Source: Candidatus Kaiserbacteria bacterium (GTDB lineage: Bacteria > Patescibacteriota > Minisyncoccia > Phycocordibacterales > JABAAK01). Taken from it: DNA of 64,000 nt. Under the pieces are notes generated by a model. That model saw only the letters and a program-made list of their open reading frames with translations. It was not told the DNA's origin and did no database searches. The stretch spans positions 16,889 through 80,888 of the forward strand of contig JAPOOC010000008.1 of NCBI GenBank assembly GCA_026713605.1, read 5' to 3'. Below, piece after piece: positions 40,217-49,592 of the stretch (position 1 is its first letter; every line of letters starts with the position of its first letter). Made by a program: the position numbers and the translations under genes.

Positions 40217-41003
40217 GTAACTGTTCGTTTTGAGCGGTGTAGGACGGCGTAGTGTTGCGATATTGTTTTTATCCACACACATTGACTTGCTCTGCTCTGC
40301 GTGGGTACCTTGTGGTATCATAAGAGTGGATAGGGGGCTTACGCAACCTACTAAACTTTGCAAACTACGACCGAAGAGAACGGCTTCTTTCTCCCGCACT
40401 GGCGACAATCGCCTGTTTGCGGTTTAGGGCGAAACCCTGGTTATGGTGGAAACCATCATAGAGGCAGTGCTGTTCAATGACCGGCACATTTTGCAATTTA
40501 GATTGCGTGGCGAGTGTTGTTGCTTTGTTTGACAACAGAGTGATGCACACTTTCACCTACCTTGATCTTTCTACCGCTATAGGTAAATCTTTTCTTATGT
40601 CTTGTCTGTGGCACTGCTTTCGCGAGACACTTACTATAAGTTGTCAGCGGACGGTTTGCCCGTACCGACAGACATGTTGAAAGGGTAATGGTCATTTGAA
40701 ATTTTTGGGTCGTGGGGGATCTCAGCAAGATAGAGTTACTGGATGCACTATGTGCAACCATAACAACTGTACACGAAATGTATAGCGCTATAACTTTTTC
40801 TTGTTGTTCTTTTAAGGTGCGGTCTAACGCCGCACAATAGTACTGCACATTTCTTAGTACTGTTGTGTGCATCGTACTGAGTGCAGGATGTGTACTGCCA
40901 ATGGATCCGGCGACACATTCACGAAACGCACAATTCTAGCCCTCGGCTAACCAGATATTTTTTCTCTCGGTTTGTCGAGGGTTTTTTCATAACTTATTTT
41001 TGT
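40217..41003. other. ~790-bp region without a credible ORF (candidate structured ncRNA, unassigned)
   Basis: Only short, compositionally odd ORFs on both strands. Several stable hairpins with GNRA-type loops (atggtGGAAaccat; agggCGAAAccct). No promoter or terminator assignable. Confidence 0.25.
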
Positions 41004-41843
41004 ATGCCTCATCCAATAGCAAAAGAAAAAATTGGCACCACTGTTTCTCGTGTGCTTGCGTATCATGAAAAAGAGCGACGATCATTTCCATGGCGGGAAA
41101 CAGTCGACCCGTACCACATTTTGATTTCGGAGTATATGTTGCAGCAAACGCAAACGGAAAGAGTGGTGCCGAAATATGTTTCTTTCATAGAAAGATTTCC
41201 AGAGATTACCTCGCTTGCCAGCGCCGCACGAAAAGAAGTGCTTGCGTTGTGGAGTGGTCTCGGCTATAATCGTCGGGCAGTTGCGTTGCACAATACGGCG
41301 AAGATGGTCGTCGCTGTGTACGATGGTGTCATGCCGAAAACAAAAGAAGCATTACTTTCCTTGCCTGGTGTTGGCGAGTATACCGCCGGTGCTGTGTTAG
41401 CATTTGCATACAATAAGCCGGTTACCATTGTTGAGACAAATATTCGCACTGTTGTGTTTCATCACTGCGTTCGAAAGAAGGGGGTGGTGAGCGATACAGT
41501 AATTAGTTATTTTGTTGAGCAGCTGCTACAAACTGCCTGTAACCGTGGAATCGCCCCTCGAATATTTTATTCCGCGATGATGGATTATGGTTCATATCTA
41601 AAATCACAAGGGGTACGAACAAATGTTCGTAGCAAGCACTACACCAAGCAGAGTAACTTTGCCGGATCTGTTCGTCAGGCGCGTGGCGCACTCCTCCGCC
41701 ATCTCATCGCTGCTGACAGAGGTGTTTCAAAGAAGCAACTACAGATGTTGCCGGTAGTGCGTATTGACGACGGACTCGCTGGATTGCTCGCTGACGGCCT
41801 TGTTGAAAAAAGAGGGAAGTACTACTACTTGAAGGATGCGTAG
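41004..41843 (+). CDS. HhH-GPD DNA glycosylase (MutY/Nth family)
   Basis: MLQQTQ...VVPKY..F...FP....LA.A....V...WSGLGYNRRA signature. Start at ATG 41004. Confidence 0.75.
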   Translation: MPHPIAKEKIGTTVSRVLAYHEKERRSFPWRETVDPYHILISEYMLQQTQTERVVPKYVSFIERFPEITSLASAARKEVLALWSGLGYNRRAVALHNTAKMVVAVYDGVMPKTKEALLSLPGVGEYTAGAVLAFAYNKPVTIVETNIRTVVFHHCVRKKGVVSDTVISYFVEQLLQTACNRGIAPRIFYSAMMDYGSYLKSQGVRTNVRSKHYTKQSNFAGSVRQARGALLRHLIAADRGVSKKQLQMLPVVRIDDGLAGLLADGLVEKRGKYYYLKDA

Positions 41844-41847
41844 TGTG

Positions 41848-42351
41848 TTATATTTTTCTGCTGTCGTATGCCCAGTGCAACACTGCTTGGCGCTGTCTTT
41901 TTCTACACTCTAAATCTTTGGTGGCGCAGTTGTTTTGTACTGCTGTTATATGCCGTTTCATATTTTTCCAGCGTTTGATTTGGCGGACATCATCCTCATG
42001 TCGCCTGCCCACATAGTAGCGACAGTACCACTGAAACCATCCACGCGGATCATCTTTGTGGAGCCAACCCTTTTCTTTCCAGTGCTTGAGCGGCATAGAA
42101 GCATGTACTTTGAAATAGTTGAGATTTTTATCCCGTTCCCCATCAGCAACTTTTGCCTTTTTGAACCAACTTTTTGGAAATTCGTCTGTGTAGCCATCAA
42201 AATACATACCGCCGAAAACCCCCAGCTCAAGCATCTGTTTTGGAGAAAGTTGTGGCTTGAAGTCAGTGGCGAAGTGTTTACCTGCGGGCTCGGTGCATGT
42301 GTAGCTGTACCCTTTCTGCATCTTGTCACTTGTTTTGATTTTTTTGCGCAT
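41848..42351 (-). CDS. conserved hypothetical protein (Trp-rich motif GWFQWYCRYYxGRR)
   Basis: 167 aa, basic. Motif looks like a conserved family but I cannot name it. Confidence 0.4.
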   Translation of the reverse strand: MRKKIKTSDKMQKGYSYTCTEPAGKHFATDFKPQLSPKQMLELGVFGGMYFDGYTDEFPKSWFKKAKVADGERDKNLNYFKVHASMPLKHWKEKGWLHKDDPRGWFQWYCRYYVGRRHEDDVRQIKRWKNMKRHITAVQNNCATKDLECRKRQRQAVLHWAYDSRKI

Positions 42352-42444
42352 AATCCTTATGGGAAATTATACCTTGTCTGTTGACTGCAATAGCCCCCAA
42401 TCATATTCATATGATTGGGGGCCGTTTTGTTTCCAGACCTGGTT

Positions 42445-42849
42445 TTACGGGTAGCGGGTTATCTCGACCCTGCCATCTCCGTTTATCTCCGGTCCTTCGT
42501 CTCCCTCTCTGAAAAGTGTGAGGTGCAGAGTGCCTTCTTTGGCGAAAATCTCTGATACCTCACCGCGGTCGGTTATCTCGACGGTACCGTTGCTCACTGA
42601 GACCTGGGTAAGACCGGTGCTGAAGAAGGTTCTGCCTTCGTGCACCCTTGCGTTAAAGAATGGTTTTTCGTCTTCAAGGTGGTACACATCTACCACCCTG
42701 TTATCGAAATATATGGCAAGCCCTTTACCCTCAATCTCTTCTTTTTCTTCAGGATCACTTTTTTTGAGGTGATTCCCAAACAAAATTCCTATAACTAATA
42801 TGACCGTGATGCCTATGACTGCCACTGTGGCATTCTTTTCCATTTTCAT
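42445..42849 (-). CDS. membrane-anchored/secreted hypothetical protein
   Basis: N-terminal TM (VAVIGITVILVIGILF), 134 aa. Confidence 0.4.
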   Translation of the reverse strand: MKMEKNATVAVIGITVILVIGILFGNHLKKSDPEEKEEIEGKGLAIYFDNRVVDVYHLEDEKPFFNARVHEGRTFFSTGLTQVSVSNGTVEITDRGEVSEIFAKEGTLHLTLFREGDEGPEINGDGRVEITRYP

Positions 42850-43137
42850 TTCCTCATTCTCCTTGTTTGGCTAAAGGTCAGGTGAAGGGTTGCGTGTCCT
42901 CAACTTCATTTCTCATTATAGCATATGTTTATTTGTATATCAGTGTGTTTTGGCCTTTTTATTATCCGTTTAATTTTTTGATTAGTTTTCTGTTTAAGAT
43001 GGTTGACCACTTTTCTCCTGTATTTAAGTTCAAAAGATAAATGCAACACTGGTCACATTATTCAGTAAATACAAACACTGATACTGCAGATACTCGGGTT
43101 GCTTGAATAGGCAGCATCATATCTGGTGTGAGAGGGT

Positions 43138-43548
43138 TTAGAGTAGATCTTTATACTCCAGAAAATTTTTCTTGACAAGTGTTTTCCATGCATCAGTTTC
43201 ACCGCCGGAACCTGATAGATGACTTTTGTGATAAACAAGCAGCACAATGACCTGTTTCTCAGCTGCGCACATCGCAACAATACACCTGTTGCCCGATCCG
43301 TGTCGTGACTGAGTGGTTTTAGCAACACGGAACTCGGTTTTGCAGATTTTAATACCTCGCTTGTCGATGATCATTCTTGCCACCCCTCTCTCAAGAAGTG
43401 TATCAAACATTCTGAAACTTCTTTCTATAGATGTCTGTGTTTTATCCCATGCGTCTTTATACTTTTTTCTAAATTTTTTGACATAGTGTTTCTCAGAAAA
43501 CGGTGTGAAAGAAACAGCATACTCGGCATTGCTATTGTTAGTAGACAT
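43138..43548 (-). CDS. type II toxin, RelE/HigB/Gp49-like fold (partner of the Panacea antitoxin)
   Basis: EFRVAKTTQSRHGSGNRCIVAM...VIVLLVYHKS matches the RelE/HigB pattern (ELRv...yRviY...vivLl..hKk). Overlaps the upstream gene by 11 nt. Confidence 0.55.
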   Translation of the reverse strand: MSTNNSNAEYAVSFTPFSEKHYVKKFRKKYKDAWDKTQTSIERSFRMFDTLLERGVARMIIDKRGIKICKTEFRVAKTTQSRHGSGNRCIVAMCAAEKQVIVLLVYHKSHLSGSGGETDAWKTLVKKNFLEYKDLL

Positions 43549-44230
43549 ATTTCGGATCCTCCTGAATGATCAATTCATATGGAATAATCTCATTTTCCTT
43601 GCAGAATGTGTATGGTATTTGTTGATGAGTGAAGTCAACGATTTCTTTTGTCCGTTTGTTTTTCCACTTTTTTGAGATATCGGTAATAAGCTTTTCTTCC
43701 TCACGGGAAAGTATTGCGGTTGATTCTCGCTCTCCTCCCTTCTTTTGAGATATAAGTAGTGCTCCGTCATCTGTTTTTTCTATGTCAATTTTACCCGCTT
43801 CATATAGCTCGTCCACGACCCGAAAGTATGTGTCAGGTACCGGTCCGTATGCTATCTTTCGATACTGCATACCACTCATGCTTTCTAAGTGATCATAATA
43901 CCATGCAAAATCTGCAAGGTAGAGCAGTTTTGCAAGTTTGGTCTTTGGCACCCTGCCATCTCTTGAAAGATTGTTTCGTAAAAAAGCGAAGAGCATTTGT
44001 TTGTATTTTTCAAAATTTGGTTTTTCTCCACCTAAAAAATCATTAACAGATACGCCGAGAATGTCGGCAAGTTTTTTTGCTTCTGTAAGTTTCGGGTCCC
44101 GCACCCCTTTTTCAAGTGCGATATATGAGGCGCGGGAAATGTTTAATTTGTCAGCAATTTCCCGTTGCGAAAACTTCCTTTGCATGCGCACATCTTTTAT
44201 GGTTGAGTTGTTGCTGTTTTTGTTATTCAT
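43538..44230 (-). CDS. HTH-XRE + Panacea (DUF4065/SocA-like) domain antitoxin
   Basis: N-terminal HTH (FSQREIADKLNISRASYIALEKG). C-terminal KLAKLLYLADFAWYY...IAYGPVPDTY, the Panacea signature (KLxKLLY...AW.yGPV..Y). Confidence 0.65.
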   Translation of the reverse strand: MNNKNSNNSTIKDVRMQRKFSQREIADKLNISRASYIALEKGVRDPKLTEAKKLADILGVSVNDFLGGEKPNFEKYKQMLFAFLRNNLSRDGRVPKTKLAKLLYLADFAWYYDHLESMSGMQYRKIAYGPVPDTYFRVVDELYEAGKIDIEKTDDGALLISQKKGGERESTAILSREEEKLITDISKKWKNKRTKEIVDFTHQQIPYTFCKENEIIPYELIIQEDPKYVY

Positions 44231-44705
44231 GCCGTTGTTATTACTTACAGCATATCTCCCTGATAAAAAATGTCAATAAAGTTGTACACAGCGTGTCTGT
44301 TTTTTGATATTAAAAGTGCCGGTAAGACCGCTCGTAAAGCAGATTTGGACACATCACGCTGTTGTGTGGTGTGTCTTTGTATTGTGTGGTGGTCTTAACA
44401 CTGTTTTACTCAAACTTGAGCAGGAGTGTGACGATACTTCGCACGCTCCACCCGCCAACACGCCCTAACCCATCCCATACGCTCCAAAACTACAGTAAAC
44501 ACCTTCACCAAGTCGCTCCGCTTACTCCGGACTCGTGTTTCACTTCGTTACACACCAGATCTTCCGTGCGCTCCGATCCCGCGCCAATCTTTGCCCACAT
44601 TCTCTTTTGCCTTTTAAGCGAGCGCAGTCGCATTTGCCATTTTTGCTGTTCTAGTAAGTTTTATATCTAATGTCAAAAGTGTTTTACAAGAGCGCTCCAC
44701 CGCTT

Positions 44706-45161
44706 CTAAAATAACAGTTCTATCTTTTTTGAAAACATGCCGTTTTCTGGTATTTCATTATCCGCTCTCTTTGATAGTTCATATGCTTTTTTTATTTCAG
44801 TTTTACTCCTCTGCTTTAACACACTGTCAGTGTGACTATGCAGCATATCAAAAAAGTACATCATTGTTTGTTCACGGTTTTTCTTTCTCAGAGCTAATTC
44901 TTCATAGGTTTGTTGTGATACAACAAACTCTAGCCATCCGTATGCATTGGAAATAAGGTGCGAAAAAAGATGGCTCATGCACCCAAAATCTTTCATCAAA
45001 TGCTCCAGGTTTTTCTCTTGTACAAAGGTTAAGAAATCGTCATCCGCACCGTTCTTAAAAAAATAATTACCCCAATCTGCCAGGTGGGACATTATGTTTG
45101 AATCTAAGTACATAAACCTGCAATCCGGTTTGCCGAAACATGAACCTAAATATGTAAGCAT
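44706..45161 (-). CDS. hypothetical protein (AT-rich island)
   Basis: 151-aa ORF divergent from the GHKL operon. Confidence 0.4.
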   Translation of the reverse strand: MLTYLGSCFGKPDCRFMYLDSNIMSHLADWGNYFFKNGADDDFLTFVQEKNLEHLMKDFGCMSHLFSHLISNAYGWLEFVVSQQTYEELALRKKNREQTMMYFFDMLHSHTDSVLKQRSKTEIKKAYELSKRADNEIPENGMFSKKIELLF

Positions 45162-45263
45162 ATCATTATGGTAGCAAATTACCTCTTACTTTGGTATATC
45201 ATTTCCCTGTATTAAACAGAAACACTATATTTATTACCACAGTACTATATTTAGTATATAATG

Positions 45264-45292
45264 TTGCTATTTTCAAAAGCATCTGCTACAAT
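45264..45292 (+). promoter_or_regulatory. sigma70-like promoter (TTGCTA-17-TACAAT) for the small-ORF/GHKL operon
   Basis: ttgcta N17 tacaat, 8 nt before ATG 45301. Confidence 0.45.
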
Positions 45293-45300
45293 ACGAGCGT

Positions 45301-45525
45301 ATGGAGAAATCCAAGGAAAAACAGGAACGATTCAGACGGCTGGCGACGGCACGCACAAACTCCGTATTGAAAACACTCAATACGCTTGGACATTGTTCCA
45401 ACAGAAGTGCCTACCATTACTCTGAGGAGGAGGTGAAAAAAATATTCTCTGAGATTGAGAACGCTGTAAGAGGTGTTAAGAGTAAATTCCATTATCCGAG
45501 AAATAATAAAAAGTTCAGTTTATGA
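45301..45525 (+). CDS. small basic protein, translationally coupled to the GHKL ATPase gene
   Basis: 74 aa. Stop overlaps the start of the next gene (atga). Confidence 0.45.
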   Translation: MEKSKEKQERFRRLATARTNSVLKTLNTLGHCSNRSAYHYSEEEVKKIFSEIENAVRGVKSKFHYPRNNKKFSL

Positions 45526-48077
45526 ATCACAGGAAAAATAAAAAAATACTTTTAGACTTACTCAAATGTCAAACTTCTGAAGAACTTGAAAAGATTATTC
45601 AGAAAGAACGCCTTGATAAGGAAGCGTGGATTCCTTATGGTGGACGCTCAAACAATGTAGGAACAGTAGAAGGACAAATGAGGGAAGCAGAAAACGCATT
45701 GATGGAGAAAGTTACAAATTCAATTGACGCAATTCTGATGAGAAGATGTTATGAGGAAGGGATTGATCCTTATGATAAAAGTGTTGCACCAAAAACAGTA
45801 GATGAAGCAGTTGAGCGCTTCTTTGGAGGCAGAGAAAAAATTAGGGAAAAAAGATCAGAGTTTGCCAAAGAATGGTTGCGTATTACTGCTGAAGGAAAAA
45901 AAGACAGACCAACAATAACAATTGTAGATAAAGGTGAAGGGCAAGAGCCAAACATGATTAAAAAAACCATCCTTAGCCTTAATGAAAATACAAAAGAAAG
46001 AATTCCTTTTGTATACGGAACATATAATCAGGGTGGTTCAAGCCCTCTTGGTTTTGCAGGAGCGCCTGAAAAATATGATTTTAATTATCTCCAACTTGTT
46101 TTGTGTCGCAGCTCTCTAAAAAATGGAGATAAAAAAGATGGTAATCACGACCACTTTGGTTTTACGGTTGTGCGAATGCGCTTTGATGAAAGTTCAGAAA
46201 AATATGTTTATGAATATCTTGTCGAGAAAGATACAGAAAATATTTTTTCTTTTCCTATGGATGAGGTGATAAAAATAGATGATTATAAATTTGAGGAGGG
46301 TTGTGTAATTAAATTATATGATTATCAGCTTGCAAAAGGAGGGAATATTATTTTTCGTGGCTTTAATGAATTTATTGAAAAGAAACTTCCCAATTCTCCT
46401 TTACCAATTTACTTAAAAGAATTACGAAATTATAAAGGTGATGATAACTATACAATATTTGGATTAAAAGAAAAACTGATTAGAAGAAAAGATATACTGC
46501 GGAGTGGATACCCCCAAGCACTTCCTATTGACCTTGGTGAGATTGGCAAAAAAGAGATAAATCTTTTTATATTAAAACACAAGGCAGAGGCTGAAGGAGG
46601 GGAAATCAAATCGTACTTAGATATGTCTGAACGAGTTTTCTTCATAAAGGATGGGCTTGTTTTGCATGCGGAAACTAAATCTTGGCTTAAAAATGAATGT
46701 GGTTTAATTGATCTGTCTCCATATGTTATAGCATTTATTGATATTTCAACAATTAGTCCTGCAGTTGCCAAAATGCTTCATTCAGGAAGAGAAAAATTTA
46801 AGAACAATGCGACAACAAAGACAACTCTTAATAGATTAAAGGTATTCTTTTCCGGTGAAGATTTTAAAGACCTTGATAAAGAATACGGGAGACTGGGACT
46901 AAACTCGGATACTAAAATTGAAGATAGGGATATCAAAAAAGCAATACTAAAAGAAGTTGAAAACCAACCGAAATTAAAAGAACTTTTTAATATCGGAGTT
47001 GATTTTCCTGTTAAAAAAGGGCAAACATATACGCCACCAAAGATTGACTCGAAATATCAGGGAACATATCTCCCTGAAAAATTTAATCTTCTGGGCACAA
47101 ATCCACGAGAAATTGAAGAAAATTCATATTGTAGAATATCCTTTGATACCGGTGCTGATACGGATTTGTTTGAACGGCAAGAGGATAGAGGTGAGTATGA
47201 TTGGGAAAAATCAGAAAATTTTGACATTACTTTTTTATCGTTTAGAAATGGAATAACCACCTTTCGTGTAGATCCAAAAGAAAAAACAAAGCCACCTGAA
47301 GAAGAAGCATTGATTTTTTCTCTTAGTGTACCGTCCAAAGACATTGAATTAACAAGAACAATTAATATTTTATATAAAGAAAAAGTTCCCTATAACGGAA
47401 AGAGATTTCCAACATTTTTTAAACCACCTGAAGAGGTGAAAATTGTAATAGGAAAAAAGACATCCTTGCGCATAAAAACAGATGCGGATAATGATTATAT
47501 CAGTCGAGATGAAGCCCCTGGTACCATAATTTTTAAAAAACATAATGATCTTGACAACAGTACACCAAAACTTAAGGATGGAATTCTTTCTATTCAAATG
47601 CAATACACAGGAAAGGAAATAAAAAAAGTAGAAAATATAGACATAACCGTAAAAGATAGGGAGAAACACTTTGATTTCTCATTACCGGTAAAAATTATTC
47701 GAGACAAAAATAATCCAGAGGTAGATTTGCCGGAGATAGAAGTGGTAGATAAAACAAAATGGCAGCATCATACCCCAGAATGGGATCAAGAGGTTATCGC
47801 CAGAATTCCATCTTGGACAGAGTTGAAAAAAATCAGAATCAATACTGATTCTGATCCGTTTGAAGATTTGCGAGAGATACCTGGCGAACAAAGAGAAATT
47901 GCAAAGACTCTTCTGATAAAGAAGATTTACAGGGATTCAATTTGGATGTTTCTTGAGTTTAGGGATCTTAATCTCACTAGTGATAGCGATCGAGATGAAA
48001 GAGATATTGTTTTTGAGAAATCAATTCGTGCTGCATCAAAGATAACAATTCAGGATATCAAAAAATTAATTCGTTAA
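45522..48077 (+). CDS. large GHKL/Bergerat-fold ATPase domain protein (paraMORC/HSP90-like N-terminus, ~650-aa uncharacterised C-terminal region)
   Basis: N-box EAENALMEKVTNSIDA (aa 55-70), G1 box IVDKGEGQE (aa ~135-143), G2 box GTYNQGGSSPLGFAG (aa ~167-180). No match seen for nuclease motifs in the rest. Confidence 0.6.
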   Translation: MNHRKNKKILLDLLKCQTSEELEKIIQKERLDKEAWIPYGGRSNNVGTVEGQMREAENALMEKVTNSIDAILMRRCYEEGIDPYDKSVAPKTVDEAVERFFGGREKIREKRSEFAKEWLRITAEGKKDRPTITIVDKGEGQEPNMIKKTILSLNENTKERIPFVYGTYNQGGSSPLGFAGAPEKYDFNYLQLVLCRSSLKNGDKKDGNHDHFGFTVVRMRFDESSEKYVYEYLVEKDTENIFSFPMDEVIKIDDYKFEEGCVIKLYDYQLAKGGNIIFRGFNEFIEKKLPNSPLPIYLKELRNYKGDDNYTIFGLKEKLIRRKDILRSGYPQALPIDLGEIGKKEINLFILKHKAEAEGGEIKSYLDMSERVFFIKDGLVLHAETKSWLKNECGLIDLSPYVIAFIDISTISPAVAKMLHSGREKFKNNATTKTTLNRLKVFFSGEDFKDLDKEYGRLGLNSDTKIEDRDIKKAILKEVENQPKLKELFNIGVDFPVKKGQTYTPPKIDSKYQGTYLPEKFNLLGTNPREIEENSYCRISFDTGADTDLFERQEDRGEYDWEKSENFDITFLSFRNGITTFRVDPKEKTKPPEEEALIFSLSVPSKDIELTRTINILYKEKVPYNGKRFPTFFKPPEEVKIVIGKKTSLRIKTDADNDYISRDEAPGTIIFKKHNDLDNSTPKLKDGILSIQMQYTGKEIKKVENIDITVKDREKHFDFSLPVKIIRDKNNPEVDLPEIEVVDKTKWQHHTPEWDQEVIARIPSWTELKKIRINTDSDPFEDLREIPGEQREIAKTLLIKKIYRDSIWMFLEFRDLNLTSDSDRDERDIVFEKSIRAASKITIQDIKKLIR

Positions 48078-49378
48078 ATTTTTTCCATCACCACGATATA
48101 TTCATATTCGTACGCTCTTATCTTTGAAGGATTATCTTTTCCTGTAAATTTTCCTGTCTCTATGTCGCGCCATGGAGTTATCATTTTATTGGGAATTTCT
48201 CGTTTAATAAACCTAACCTTTTCAAATCCGGCATGTTGCATTTGCTCTGCAGCGACTTGTGCATTAAGTATGGCAACACCTCGTAAATTAGTATTACCAA
48301 TAATAATACATGCCTTGCCATCTTTTTTAAGAATACGATACATTTCTCCAAAAACTTTTTTCATATCCAAGAAATAATTCGCAACATCTGTTGCGAGTGA
48401 TTGATTAACCTGTGATAAGTCATTTACAATTGATTTTGCAATGGTACTATTGAATTCTCCGGTTTTTCTTCTCTTTGAACTTGTACCAATAAAGTTTCTA
48501 CGAAAGTCAATAAATTCATCACTAAACCTGCTCCATCCTTTAAAGTGTTTTGGATCATTACCAAACCAAAGCAAAGATAGTTGATGTAAATCAGCGTATT
48601 CATATGAAGTAACATATGGGGGTGAAGTGATAATTAGGTCAACACAGCCGGATTCAAGAGGAAGTTTTTTTGTAGAATCTCTACGATACATTTTTGCAGA
48701 AACTTTTTCATTGCCGGATTCAACAAGTTCAGAATAAAACTTCTCATTTTTCTTAATCATTGAGTCAAGGTGGCGTAAAAATGATTCTTTTACATTAGGG
48801 ATATCTTTATCCTTGTCTATCGTTGGTTTAATACTCTTCATCAACCAGCGTGAACAATTCTTAAGATTGTGTGAAAAAGCACAAAGAAAAAAACGCCTGA
48901 CATTATGGTTTTTTATTTTCTTGATTGCAAAATAAATCCTTTCTAACTCTTGAGCCGTTTTTTCGTCAAACCAATAATTGATTCGCCCGTGTCTATCTGA
49001 AAAGGTTAAAGGAGTGCTTTTATAATATGTTAAAAACTTGTCTTTGTAATTGGTTAGCGTTTTAGGTTTAATAGGGGTAGTTTTTGTTTGAGTTATAAGT
49101 TTTGCAATGGGGTTTATATCAAAACCAATACTTTTGTGACCCAACATTTTTGCCTCCACCAGGGTCGTGCCGCAACCACCAAAAAGATCACATATAATCT
49201 GCTCATCATTAGGTGCATAATCTTTTATTAATTTTTGTACAATTTGGGGGATAAATTTTGCAGGGTAACGGTGATAACTGTGAGTAAAAGCCGTTGTTTC
49301 TGATCTCCCCACATCACGGAAAGACCAATTTTTTCTTGGTTTTAATTTTTTAAAAGATTGTTGAAGAGAGGTAAGCAC
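48074..49378 (-). CDS. N6-adenine/N4-cytosine DNA methyltransferase (amino-MTase)
   Basis: Motif I DLFGGCGTT near the N-terminus and motif IV SPPY (IITSPPYVTSYEY). Converges on and overlaps the GHKL gene by 4 nt. Confidence 0.75.
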   Translation of the reverse strand: MLTSLQQSFKKLKPRKNWSFRDVGRSETTAFTHSYHRYPAKFIPQIVQKLIKDYAPNDEQIICDLFGGCGTTLVEAKMLGHKSIGFDINPIAKLITQTKTTPIKPKTLTNYKDKFLTYYKSTPLTFSDRHGRINYWFDEKTAQELERIYFAIKKIKNHNVRRFFLCAFSHNLKNCSRWLMKSIKPTIDKDKDIPNVKESFLRHLDSMIKKNEKFYSELVESGNEKVSAKMYRRDSTKKLPLESGCVDLIITSPPYVTSYEYADLHQLSLLWFGNDPKHFKGWSRFSDEFIDFRRNFIGTSSKRRKTGEFNSTIAKSIVNDLSQVNQSLATDVANYFLDMKKVFGEMYRILKKDGKACIIIGNTNLRGVAILNAQVAAEQMQHAGFEKVRFIKREIPNKMITPWRDIETGKFTGKDNPSKIRAYEYEYIVVMEKI

Positions 49379-49592
49379 AAGTTTTACATGAACATAACTA
49401 TTATACCAAAATTATAATAATCCGCCGGGCGAAGGAAATCCGCCGTTTCCGCAAGGCAGGCAAGCGGAAACTTGACGGATTGCAAGAGTTCTCTCGCCCC
49501 ATCTCACCCATCATTTTCTTTTGCCTTTCAGGTGCACTTGTCGTAGGACTGGTGCTGGTGAAAGGTGGTGAAGTAATGAATGGTTTGTGTAG

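Noticed and set aside
40230-40427. tmRNA-like resume codon and tag ORF (gca aac tac gac…) in the non-coding region after rnhB
   Set aside because: Reading from GCA gives a long peptide without a nearby stop. There is no ANDENYALAA-like ending. No tRNA-like acceptor/T-arm (GGGG…/…TTCGAATCC…CCA) could be found on either strand.
40498-40872. 124-aa minus-strand ORF in the rnhB-mutY intergenic region
   Set aside because: Ser/Thr/Cys-rich, no start context, no similarity to anything recognisable. The region is treated as non-coding.
49380-49592. Possible small ORFs or an integrase remnant between the MTase and tRNA-Ala
   Set aside because: Only very short ORFs or ORFs running into the tRNA. The region is GC-rich with inverted repeats and more likely structural or att-like.
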